In this document: positions 54,867-64,000 of the stretch, one piece after another
How positions within the stretch are numbered: position 1 is the first letter of the stretch
How the letters are laid out: each line of letters begins with the position of its first letter
Assembly: GCF_013315695.1 (NCBI RefSeq)
Contig: NZ_CP054353.1
Length of the DNA stretch: 64,000 nucleotides
Strand: one strand, 5' to 3'
DNA from: Escherichia coli
GTDB lineage: Bacteria; Pseudomonadota; Gammaproteobacteria; Enterobacterales; Enterobacteriaceae
Notes under the pieces: model-generated
What the model saw: the letters and a program-made list of their open reading frames with translations, nothing else
What the model was told of the DNA's origin: nothing
Databases searched by the model: none
Program-made: the position numbers and the translations under genes

Positions 54867-56357
54867 TTATTGACGCCGTAAACGCATTATTTTGCGGATT
54901 ATTGGCGTCAGTAGCGTAAAGGCTGCCAGAGTCAGCAATGCCAGAGTGATCGGTCGGGTATACAGAAAGTCGAGTGAACCACCAGAAAGCGACAGCGCAC
55001 GGCGAAAATTACTTTCCGCCATTGGCCCCATAATCAATGCCAGCACTACGGGTGATGCCGGATATCCTCCTTTCTGCATGAAATAGCCCACCACGCCTGC
55101 AATCAGCATAATGCCAACATCAAACAGGCTATTGTTCAACGCATAAGTCCCGACCACACAAAGTGCGAGGATCATCGGTGTGAGAATATTGCCGGGGATC
55201 TTCACCACGTTACCGATGACTTTCAAAGAGAGCAGTCCAAGAACTAGCAGCATGAAGTAACAAAAGATCATGCCGACAAACAGTGTATAAACCATATCGC
55301 CGTGGTCGGTAAACATCAGCGGGCCTGGTTGCATTCCCTGTAACGTTAACGCGCCCAGCATGATGGCGGTTACCGCATCGCCAGGGATCCCCAGCGTCAG
55401 CATAGGTAACAATGCGCCACCGGTGCAGCCATTCGCGCCTGCCTCACAGGAGGCCACAGCTTTAATTTCACCCTTACCAAAGTTTTCTGGTGTCTTACTG
55501 AAACGACGAGTTTCGTTATAGGCAACAAAAGCTGCAATATCCGCCCCCGCACCGGGGATCATGCCGATAAAAACCCCTAATCCTGATGAGCGCAAAATGG
55601 TTAATGCAATGCGGCGTAGTGTTTGCCAGGGCAGTAACAGACTGCCGATAGCCACCTTCGCCCCCTGACGAATTTGCTGGTTTTGCTCCATAGAGCGGAA
55701 TGCATCTGAAGCAGCAAATAAACCAATCATCACCGGGATAAATGGCACATTCATCAGCTCCACAAATCCACCTGTAAACCGTGGAAAACCGCCCATTGGA
55801 TCAAGGCCTATCGTTGCGATCAGCAATCCGCCAACCCCGGCAATCAGCCCTTTAATCAGTGACTCACCGGAAATACTGGCAATAATGCTCAGTCCGAAGG
55901 TTGCCAGGGCGAAGGACTCCGAGGCACTAAATTTCAGCGCCCAACTGGCAAGTACCGGAGAGAGAAACATCAGCACGATAATGCTGAGCGTTCCGCCACT
56001 AAAGGAAGAGAACGTGGCGGCACTCAATGCCAGCCCTGCTTTTCCCTGTTTCGTCAGCTCATAACCATCAATAGCGGTGGCTGCGGCGGCAGGCGTTCCG
56101 GGAATTTTGAGCAAAATTGCGGTGATAGAACCACCGTAGACGCCACCAAAAAAGACGCCGCAAATCATCAACAAGCCAGAAACAGGCTCCATGCCGTAGG
56201 TGAAAGGCAGCAAAATCACCACACCCATGGTCGCTGTCAGACCAGGCAAAGCGCCAATCACAATACCCAGCATCACCCCAAAAGTGGCAAACAGCAGCGC
56301 CTGAGGATTATTGAGTAATGTCGAAAAACCCTGAGTTAAAAGTTCACTTTCAAACAT
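54867..56357 (-). CDS. tripartite tricarboxylate transporter large permease TctA-like
   Basis: 496 aa polytopic, TctA family. Confidence 0.8.
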   Translation of the reverse strand: MFESELLTQGFSTLLNNPQALLFATFGVMLGIVIGALPGLTATMGVVILLPFTYGMEPVSGLLMICGVFFGGVYGGSITAILLKIPGTPAAAATAIDGYELTKQGKAGLALSAATFSSFSGGTLSIIVLMFLSPVLASWALKFSASESFALATFGLSIIASISGESLIKGLIAGVGGLLIATIGLDPMGGFPRFTGGFVELMNVPFIPVMIGLFAASDAFRSMEQNQQIRQGAKVAIGSLLLPWQTLRRIALTILRSSGLGVFIGMIPGAGADIAAFVAYNETRRFSKTPENFGKGEIKAVASCEAGANGCTGGALLPMLTLGIPGDAVTAIMLGALTLQGMQPGPLMFTDHGDMVYTLFVGMIFCYFMLLVLGLLSLKVIGNVVKIPGNILTPMILALCVVGTYALNNSLFDVGIMLIAGVVGYFMQKGGYPASPVVLALIMGPMAESNFRRALSLSGGSLDFLYTRPITLALLTLAAFTLLTPIIRKIMRLRRQ

Positions 56358-56369
56358 TGCTGGCCCCTG

Positions 56370-56879
56370 TTATTCGAAAAATGTGCCGACAGGCAATGGC
56401 ACCTGTAACGCTTCGACAAACAGCAACCAGAGGATTGCCGTTAACAGCAGCGCAATACCCGGTGTGAGTACCCATCGCCTGTAGCCCATCAACGTCATAA
56501 TGACGATGAGGAAAACAGGAGTAGTAATGAGATAACCGCAGTAGCTCATCGCCACAATATAAAATGCGGTTGCCGCAATTCCTGTTGCCGTTTTCCTGAA
56601 TGCCGGTTTTTCCTGTGCGTTGGCGCAAGAGGCTGGTTTTGCCTGCAAAAGATCGCGTATCACCAGCAAGACAGCGAGCACAATCAGGGCACAGGCATAG
56701 AAGGTAGGGAAGGCACTTGCACCGGGATCCGTTTCAATGGCAGTTGCTGGAAAATCAGCGGCATTAATCATCACCGCGCCAGCAACCACACAAAGTAACA
56801 GCGCCACCACCATCGTTGATGAAAGGCGCTTGCGGTGCGGTACGGCGAGTTGAGCAACAGACTGTTTTGTGTTCATCAA
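56370..56879 (-). CDS. TctB-like small permease subunit
   Basis: 169 aa, ~4 TM, between TctC- and TctA-like genes. Confidence 0.7.
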   Translation of the reverse strand: MMNTKQSVAQLAVPHRKRLSSTMVVALLLCVVAGAVMINAADFPATAIETDPGASAFPTFYACALIVLAVLLVIRDLLQAKPASCANAQEKPAFRKTATGIAATAFYIVAMSYCGYLITTPVFLIVIMTLMGYRRWVLTPGIALLLTAILWLLFVEALQVPLPVGTFFE

Positions 56880-56892
56880 CCGTACCTCAGGT

Positions 56893-57867
56893 TTATTTTT
56901 TCAGGCCCAGGCGAGTCAGCAACTCGTCAAAGTACTTTTCCTGTTCGCTGATTTGGGTCTGGAAGCTGGCAGCGTCAAGCCATGCATAGTTGAGATTCAA
57001 CTTTTGCAGTGCATCCTGGAATGCAGGCTCTTCAGCCGTCTCTTTTGCTGCCTTTGCCAGAACATCCACCACATCCTGCGGCGTTTTTTGCGACACAATC
57101 AGGCCGCGCCAGGTGCCGATGGAGAGATCAACGCCTTTCTCTTTTAACGTCGGGACGTCAGGCATGGTTTTCATTCGCTCATCCGCCATCACTACCAGTG
57201 TCTTCAGCTTGCCGCCATTCACATGGTTGATAACTTCTCCTGGGCTTACGGAAACCGCTTCAATGTGCCCGCCTAACAGGCCTGTAATGGCAGGGGCTGC
57301 GCCGTCATACGGGACATGAGAAAACTTTGCGCCCGTTTTGTCTTCCAGTGCAGCTGCCGCCAGATGCCAGATAGCTCCGGTGCCTGAGTTACCAATGCGT
57401 ACTTTTCCGGGATTCGCTTTGGCGTAAGTCATAAATTCTTCATAGCTATTCCACGGCGCATCGGCACGGACTGTGATAGCAGCCGGATCCGCATTCAGAC
57501 GGGCAATGGGTTTAAAGTCGCTGGTTTTAAAACGCACCATTCCGAGGCTGGGAAGGGTGGTCAGTTCAACTGTGCCTAAACCAATTTTGTAACCGCCAGG
57601 GCGGGCAGCGGCGATTTCACTCAGGCCGATAGCACCGCCTCCGCCAGGTTTATTGATAACCCCGATGCTGACGGGTAAATGGTTTTTGGCGGCATCAGCA
57701 AAGGCACGGGCAACCAGATCCGTACCGCCTCCGGCAGCGTAGGGAACGACTAACTCGATCTGTTTGGTTGGGTAGGAGGCTGCCTGTACAGGCGCAATGC
57801 TGAGGGCAGCGCCTGCAAGAAGTACCATTGCAGCCATTTTTTTCGGTAAGGTAAGATGTTTTATCAT
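56893..57867 (-). CDS. TctC/Bug-family periplasmic substrate-binding protein
   Basis: 324 aa with signal peptide. Confidence 0.8.
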   Translation of the reverse strand: MIKHLTLPKKMAAMVLLAGAALSIAPVQAASYPTKQIELVVPYAAGGGTDLVARAFADAAKNHLPVSIGVINKPGGGGAIGLSEIAAARPGGYKIGLGTVELTTLPSLGMVRFKTSDFKPIARLNADPAAITVRADAPWNSYEEFMTYAKANPGKVRIGNSGTGAIWHLAAAALEDKTGAKFSHVPYDGAAPAITGLLGGHIEAVSVSPGEVINHVNGGKLKTLVVMADERMKTMPDVPTLKEKGVDLSIGTWRGLIVSQKTPQDVVDVLAKAAKETAEEPAFQDALQKLNLNYAWLDAASFQTQISEQEKYFDELLTRLGLKK

Positions 57868-57891
57868 TGCTTTTATATCCTTATTTATCAG

Positions 57892-58521
57892 TTAGTTGCT
57901 ATTTAAATTGTTCCATGCGTTCATAAACAGTACTGCATTTTCATAGACTTGCTCTGGCGTCATGCCGGGGTGATATAGCGCAGAACCGAGGCCAAAGCCG
58001 TTTGCGCCGTGGCTCAGATAACGCGCCATGGTTTCCGGTGTGATACCGCCAACCGGTAACATCGGAACGGATTGTGGAATAACCGCACGCCAGGCTTTGG
58101 TAACTTCTGGCGTAATTTGTTCAGCCGGGAACAGCTTGATGGCATTAGCACCATGTTCAATGGCAGCAAAGGCTTCGGTGGGCGTGGCGACGCCAGGCGC
58201 ACAATACATACCCAGCGCACGGGCGCGACGGATCACCGCAGTATCGCAATGCGGCATCACGATAATCTGGCCCCCAGCCTCTTTAACCGCAACCACCTGC
58301 TCTACCGAAAGCACAGTTCCGGCTCCGACCAGGCAGTCCTTAGGCAGGGCGTCGCGCAGTAAACTGATACTTTGCAACGCCTCCGGCGAGTTCATAGGAA
58401 TCTCAATCAGGCGGAATCCGGCGGCGTACAGTTTTTCACCGATGGCGACAATCTCATCCGGTTTCACGCCGCGTAAAATGGCGACTAACCCGGTTTTTTG
58501 CAAAAGCGTCTTAAATGGCAT
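57892..58521 (-). CDS. 2-dehydro-3-deoxy-6-phosphogalactonate/KDPG aldolase (DgoA/Eda family)
   Basis: ~209 aa from MPFKTLLQKTGLVAILRGVKPDE...; clear similarity to DgoA. Confidence 0.8.
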   Translation of the reverse strand: MPFKTLLQKTGLVAILRGVKPDEIVAIGEKLYAAGFRLIEIPMNSPEALQSISLLRDALPKDCLVGAGTVLSVEQVVAVKEAGGQIIVMPHCDTAVIRRARALGMYCAPGVATPTEAFAAIEHGANAIKLFPAEQITPEVTKAWRAVIPQSVPMLPVGGITPETMARYLSHGANGFGLGSALYHPGMTPEQVYENAVLFMNAWNNLNSN

Positions 58522-59515
58522 GGGTACATTCCCTGGCGTTGGTGGACAGTAACCCGGCAGCGTGGGCGATTCGCCATAATCCCTGTTCAGTGGCATTAGG
58601 AATGGCGTGTATCTGTCTGTCGGGAAAAACGTGGCTGAATGCTTGTGAATAGCGGCTGTTCAGATTTGCGCTACCGATTAAAGCGATCGGTGTTGTGGCG
58701 GGTAAATCACGTAGCAAACTGGATGCCAGACCACATAATTCATGGCCTATCAGTAATCCGGAAAGGTAATCCCCCTGCGAGGACGACGTAAGATTACTGG
58801 TCAGCAGGCGCGAACGGGTCGAAAACAGCGTCGATAATAATCCGGTCTGATGATGCTCTTGTGCTGCTGTCAGCCCGTGGGTGAAGGCATCCCAGTGCGG
58901 TTCATCTCCAGGATGCATGGTGGCACCGAGAATCGAATGGCGGGATAAAACATCAAATAACTCGCCCGTCATAAAGGTTCGGAAATCGGTAATGGTGTTG
59001 TTTTCAACTACTGCCCATTTCGCATGTGTGCCGGGTAAGCCTATCAGCACTGGCATACCCTGATGGATCGCGTTTTGCAGGGCCGGTTCCATCGAGATAG
59101 CACCGAAGATTTGTGTCTCTTCGCCACGCATCACTTCGGGCATTTCACCTTCTTTAATCACGCCAGGAATGATGTGCAGCATTGTCTGCTGCTGGTGGAT
59201 AACAGGCGTCAACTGCTTCGCCAGACCCTCGAGAGTGACCGGGCAAGGTAAATAAGCTGCTGGTTGCCACCCTTGCGCACTGCCGAGCATGCCGCAAGCC
59301 AGTACCGGGCATGGGGTTTGTGCCAGCCAGTCGCCGCAGACACGTAAAAACGTATCGTGGAAAGCGTCCTCACGTGTTGCTGCCTGGGAGGGTAATTTCA
59401 TGATCCCCCAGGGGAATTCACGTTTTTCTTGTGGATTTGGTGATTCGTCAAAACGCCATGCCCGAAGCGATGACGTTCCCCAGTCCAGGGCAATAAATGA
59501 GGGTGCTCCCGGCAT
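58511..59515 (-). CDS. 2-dehydro-3-deoxygalactonokinase-like (DgoK family)
   Basis: 334 aa; ALDWGTSSLRAW N-terminus as in DgoK. Confidence 0.7.
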   Translation of the reverse strand: MPGAPSFIALDWGTSSLRAWRFDESPNPQEKREFPWGIMKLPSQAATREDAFHDTFLRVCGDWLAQTPCPVLACGMLGSAQGWQPAAYLPCPVTLEGLAKQLTPVIHQQQTMLHIIPGVIKEGEMPEVMRGEETQIFGAISMEPALQNAIHQGMPVLIGLPGTHAKWAVVENNTITDFRTFMTGELFDVLSRHSILGATMHPGDEPHWDAFTHGLTAAQEHHQTGLLSTLFSTRSRLLTSNLTSSSQGDYLSGLLIGHELCGLASSLLRDLPATTPIALIGSANLNSRYSQAFSHVFPDRQIHAIPNATEQGLWRIAHAAGLLSTNARECTHAI

Positions 59516-59538
59516 TAGTCGTTTCCTTTAATCATGGT

Positions 59539-60306
59539 TTATTTATCTTTGCGGACGTGCTTACCCCAGCCCAGTTCAGCGGATATCTCTTCTGCACAGG
59601 ATTTGACGTAAGGTGCCAGTTCTTCCAGACGCGCCAGCGACATATACGTGGTGGTACTGGCGACAGAAATAGCCGCCACAATTTCATCCCGGGCGTTGTA
59701 AACCGGCGCTGCAACGCAACGGATAGTCGGCTCGTTCTCTTCCAGATCAAAAGCAAAACCACTGGTGGCATAACGACGCATGTTCTGAATAAATGCGCCC
59801 AGTTTTGTTTCATCACCACAGGTCTTAAACAGCGTGCGCCACTCTTCTTCTGTTCGGTTGAGGATCAATGCCTTGCCGATGCCGGTGATTGCCAGTGGCA
59901 TGCGATGGCCTGGGCGTGAGCGCATTTCCAGCCCGCGCTGACTGTTGATCTTCTCCAGATACAGCACTTCGTCGCCTTCAACGATCCCCAGATGCACGGT
60001 GTCCAGGGTGTAACGGGCAAGGCGTTGCAAAACGGGCTGGGCAATTTCGTACAGCGAGGTGCTTTCCAGTGCTCTGGCACCGAATTCGATCAGTTTGGCA
60101 CCCAGTTGGTAGCCCTGCGTTGGGACATGGCGCAGGTAGCGTTGTTCCACCAGAACGGTGACTAAACGATGGGTTGTGCTCCGGGTCGTGCCGGTGAACT
60201 CGCCGATACTTTTTAGGTCATGGCAGCCGTTATAAACAGCATTAAGAACCGCCAGTCCACGTAATAACGTTTGTGCGCCTGCGGTGGTTGAAGAGGTTTC
60301 TGCCAT
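59539..60306 (-). CDS. IclR-family transcriptional regulator
   Basis: 255 aa from MAETSSTTAGAQTLLRGLAVLNAV...; AGGAG RBS 6 nt before ATG. Confidence 0.8.
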   Translation of the reverse strand: MAETSSTTAGAQTLLRGLAVLNAVYNGCHDLKSIGEFTGTTRSTTHRLVTVLVEQRYLRHVPTQGYQLGAKLIEFGARALESTSLYEIAQPVLQRLARYTLDTVHLGIVEGDEVLYLEKINSQRGLEMRSRPGHRMPLAITGIGKALILNRTEEEWRTLFKTCGDETKLGAFIQNMRRYATSGFAFDLEENEPTIRCVAAPVYNARDEIVAAISVASTTTYMSLARLEELAPYVKSCAEEISAELGWGKHVRKDK

Positions 60307-60366
60307 ACGTTTCTCCTGATGATATTGCTGAAGTGTTCCACATAATGACGTGGGGAAAAGGTGATA

Positions 60367-60404
60367 TATCCCACAATATAAACTCCATCTCATATTGTGG
60401 GATA
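60367..60404. promoter_or_regulatory. candidate operator: 13-bp perfect inverted repeat with 12-bp spacer
   Basis: TATCCCACAATAT-N12-ATATTGTGGGATA located 61-98 bp upstream of the IclR start. Confidence 0.4.
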
Positions 60405-60522
60405 AAATAATGAAAATTAACGATCGTTTTGCGTAGCGCCTCGCAGGAAACTTCTTTCAAACTGGACGTTTGTACAGCACAATTCTATTTTGTGCGGGTA
60501 AGTTGTTGCGTCAGGAGGCGTT

Positions 60523-61950
60523 GTGGATTTCTCAATCATGGTTTACGCAGTTATTGCGTTGGTGGGTGTGGCAATTGGCTGGCTGTTTGCCAGTTATCAA
60601 CATGCGCAGCAAAAAGCCGAGCAATTAGCTGAACGTGAAGAGATGGTCGCGGAGTTAAGCGCGGCAAAACAACAAATTACCCAAAGCGAGCACTGGCGCG
60701 CTGAGTGCGAGTTACTCAATAACGAAGTGCGCAGCCTGCAAAGTATTAACACCTCGCTGGAGGCCGATCTGCGTGAAGTAACCACGCGGATGGAAGCTGC
60801 ACAGCAACATGCTGACGATAAAATTCGCCAGATGATTAACAGCGAGCAGCGCCTCAGTGAGCAGTTTGAAAACCTCGCCAACCGTATTTTTGAGCACAGC
60901 AATCGCCGGGTTGATGAGCAAAACCGTCAGAGCCTGAACAGCCTGTTGTCGCCGCTACGTGAACAACTGGACGGTTTCCGCCGTCAGGTCCAGGACAGCT
61001 TTGGTAAAGAAGCCCAGGAACGTCATACCCTGACTCACGAAATCCGCAACCTCCAGCAACTCAACGCCCAGATGGCCCAGGAAGCGATCAACCTGACGCG
61101 TGCGCTGAAAGGCGACAATAAAACCCAGGGCAACTGGGGCGAGGTAGTATTGACGCGGGTGCTGGAGGCTTCCGGTCTGCGTGAAGGGTATGAATATGAA
61201 ACCCAGGTCAGCATCGAAAATGACGCCCGCTCGCGGATGCAGCCGGATGTCATCGTGCGGTTGCCGCAGGGAAAAGATGTGGTGATCGACGCCAAAATGA
61301 CGCTGGTCGCCTATGAACGTTATTTCAACGCTGAAGATGACTACACCCGCGAAAGCGCGCTACAGGAACATATCGCGTCGGTGCGTAACCATATCCGTTT
61401 GCTGGGACGCAAAGATTATCAACAGCTGCCGGGGCTGCGAACCCTGGATTACGTTCTGATGTTTATTCCCGTTGAACCCGCTTTTTTACTGGCGCTTGAC
61501 CGCCAGCCGGAGCTGATCACCGAAGCGTTGAAAAACAATATCATGCTGGTTAGCCCGACTACGCTGCTGGTGGCGCTGCGCACTATCGCCAACCTGTGGC
61601 GTTATGAGCATCAAAGCCGCAACGCCCAGCAAATCGCCGATCGTGCCAGCAAGCTGTACGACAAGATGCGTTTGTTCATCGATGACATGTCCGCGATTGG
61701 TCAAAGTCTCGACAAAGCGCAGGATAACTACCGCCAGGCAATGAAAAAACTCTCTTCAGGTCGCGGAAATGTGCTGGCGCAGGCAGAAGCGTTTCGCGGT
61801 TTAGGGGTAGAAATTAAACGCGAGATTAATCCGGATTTGGCTGAACAGGCGGTGAGCCAGGATGAAGAGTATCGACTGCGGTCGGTTCCGGAGCAGCCGA
61901 ATGATGAAGCTTATCAACGCGATGATGAATATAATCAGCAGTCGCGCTAG
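60523..61950 (+). CDS. rmuC: DNA recombination protein RmuC
   Basis: 475 aa; GTG start; coiled-coil N-terminal half. Confidence 0.9.
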   Translation: MDFSIMVYAVIALVGVAIGWLFASYQHAQQKAEQLAEREEMVAELSAAKQQITQSEHWRAECELLNNEVRSLQSINTSLEADLREVTTRMEAAQQHADDKIRQMINSEQRLSEQFENLANRIFEHSNRRVDEQNRQSLNSLLSPLREQLDGFRRQVQDSFGKEAQERHTLTHEIRNLQQLNAQMAQEAINLTRALKGDNKTQGNWGEVVLTRVLEASGLREGYEYETQVSIENDARSRMQPDVIVRLPQGKDVVIDAKMTLVAYERYFNAEDDYTRESALQEHIASVRNHIRLLGRKDYQQLPGLRTLDYVLMFIPVEPAFLLALDRQPELITEALKNNIMLVSPTTLLVALRTIANLWRYEHQSRNAQQIADRASKLYDKMRLFIDDMSAIGQSLDKAQDNYRQAMKKLSSGRGNVLAQAEAFRGLGVEIKREINPDLAEQAVSQDEEYRLRSVPEQPNDEAYQRDDEYNQQSR

Positions 61951-62044
61951 CCCATTGGGGGTAGTTAAGCCGGGTAGAAATCTAGGGCATCGACGCCCAA
62001 TCTGTTACACTTCTGGAACAATTTTTTGATGAGCAGGCATTGAG

Positions 62045-62800
62045 ATGGTGGATAAGTCACAAGAAACGACGCACTTTGGTTTTCAGACCGTCGCGAAGGA
62101 ACAAAAAGCGGATATGGTCGCTCACGTTTTCCATTCCGTGGCATCAAAATACGATGTCATGAATGATTTGATGTCATTCGGTATTCATCGTTTGTGGAAG
62201 CGATTCACGATTGATTGCAGCGGCGTACGCCGTGGGCAGACCGTGCTGGATCTGGCTGGTGGCACCGGCGACCTGACAGCGAAATTCTCTCGCCTGGTCG
62301 GAGAAACTGGCAAAGTGGTCCTTGCTGATATCAATGAATCCATGCTCAAAATGGGCCGCGAGAAGCTGCGTAATATCGGTGTGATTGGCAACGTTGAGTA
62401 TGTTCAAGCGAACGCTGAGGCGCTGCCGTTCCCGGATAACACCTTTGATTGCATCACCATTTCGTTTGGTCTGCGTAACGTCACCGACAAAGATAAAGCA
62501 CTGCGTTCAATGTATCGCGTGCTGAAACCCGGCGGCCGCCTGCTGGTGCTTGAGTTCTCGAAGCCAATTATCGAGCCGCTGAGCAAAGCCTATGATGCAT
62601 ACTCCTTCCATGTGCTGCCGCGTATTGGCTCACTGGTCGCGAACGACGCCGACAGCTACCGTTATCTGGCAGAATCCATCCGTATGCATCCCGATCAGGA
62701 TACCCTGAAAGCCATGATGCAGGATGCCGGATTCGAAAGTGTCGACTACTACAATCTGACGGCAGGGGTTGTGGCGTTGCATCGTGGTTATAAGTTCTGA
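62045..62800 (+). CDS. ubiE: ubiquinone/menaquinone C-methyltransferase
   Basis: 251 aa; SAM-binding LDLAGGTGD. Confidence 0.95.
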
Positions 62801-62813
62801 CAGGAGACCGGAA

Positions 62814-64000
<1,187 letters not shown>

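Noticed and set aside
54867-57867. TctCBA-like genes as a citrate/tricarboxylate uptake system
   Set aside because: The family binds diverse carboxylates, and the linked DgoK/DgoA-like genes argue for a sugar-acid substrate; the specific tricarboxylate call was not adopted.
58028-58552. 174-codon plus-strand ORF opposite the DgoA-like gene
   Set aside because: Antisense to a gene with clear family similarity; no support as separate gene.

Overview
This window reads as an Escherichia coli-type chromosomal segment, collinear with the K-12 region running from the enterobacterial common antigen (rff/wec) cluster to ubiB. Order: rffH(partial)-wecD-wecE-wzxE-wecF-wzyE-wecG, yifK, tRNA operon argX-hisR-leuT-proM, aslB, aslA, glmZ sRNA, hemYXDC, cyaA, cyaY, yifL-dapF-yigA-xerC-yigB, uvrD, yigE, corA, yigF, yigG, rarD, yigI, pldA, recQ, rhtC/rhtB, pldB-yigL-yigM, metR/metE, ysgA, udp, rmuC-ubiE-ubiJ-ubiB(partial). 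Five segments appear to be extra relative to that backbone: (1) a 199-codon membrane-protein ORF between the glmZ and hemY terminators; (2) a signal-peptide-bearing DUF62 (SAM hydroxide adenosyltransferase/halogenase-like) gene between uvrD and yigE; (3) a complete 1426-bp IS4 with a 12-bp target duplication splitting yigE; (4) an ~8.5-kb eight-gene operon between metE and ysgA (isochorismatase-like amidohydrolase, DUF2877, FdrA-like, DUF1116, carbamate kinase, GGCT-like, NCS1 permease, LysR regulator); (5) a ~5.5-kb operon between udp and rmuC (IclR regulator, DgoK-like kinase, DgoA-like aldolase, TctCBA transporter). The metE-ysgA operon is my best candidate for an uncharacterised system; it looks metabolic, and I found no defence-system or CRISPR signature anywhere in the window. 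All calls come from reading the sequence and the ORF translations against remembered protein families. No searches or alignments were run, the comparison with K-12 rests on remembered gene order and coordinates, and coordinates of non-ORF features may be off by a few bases.
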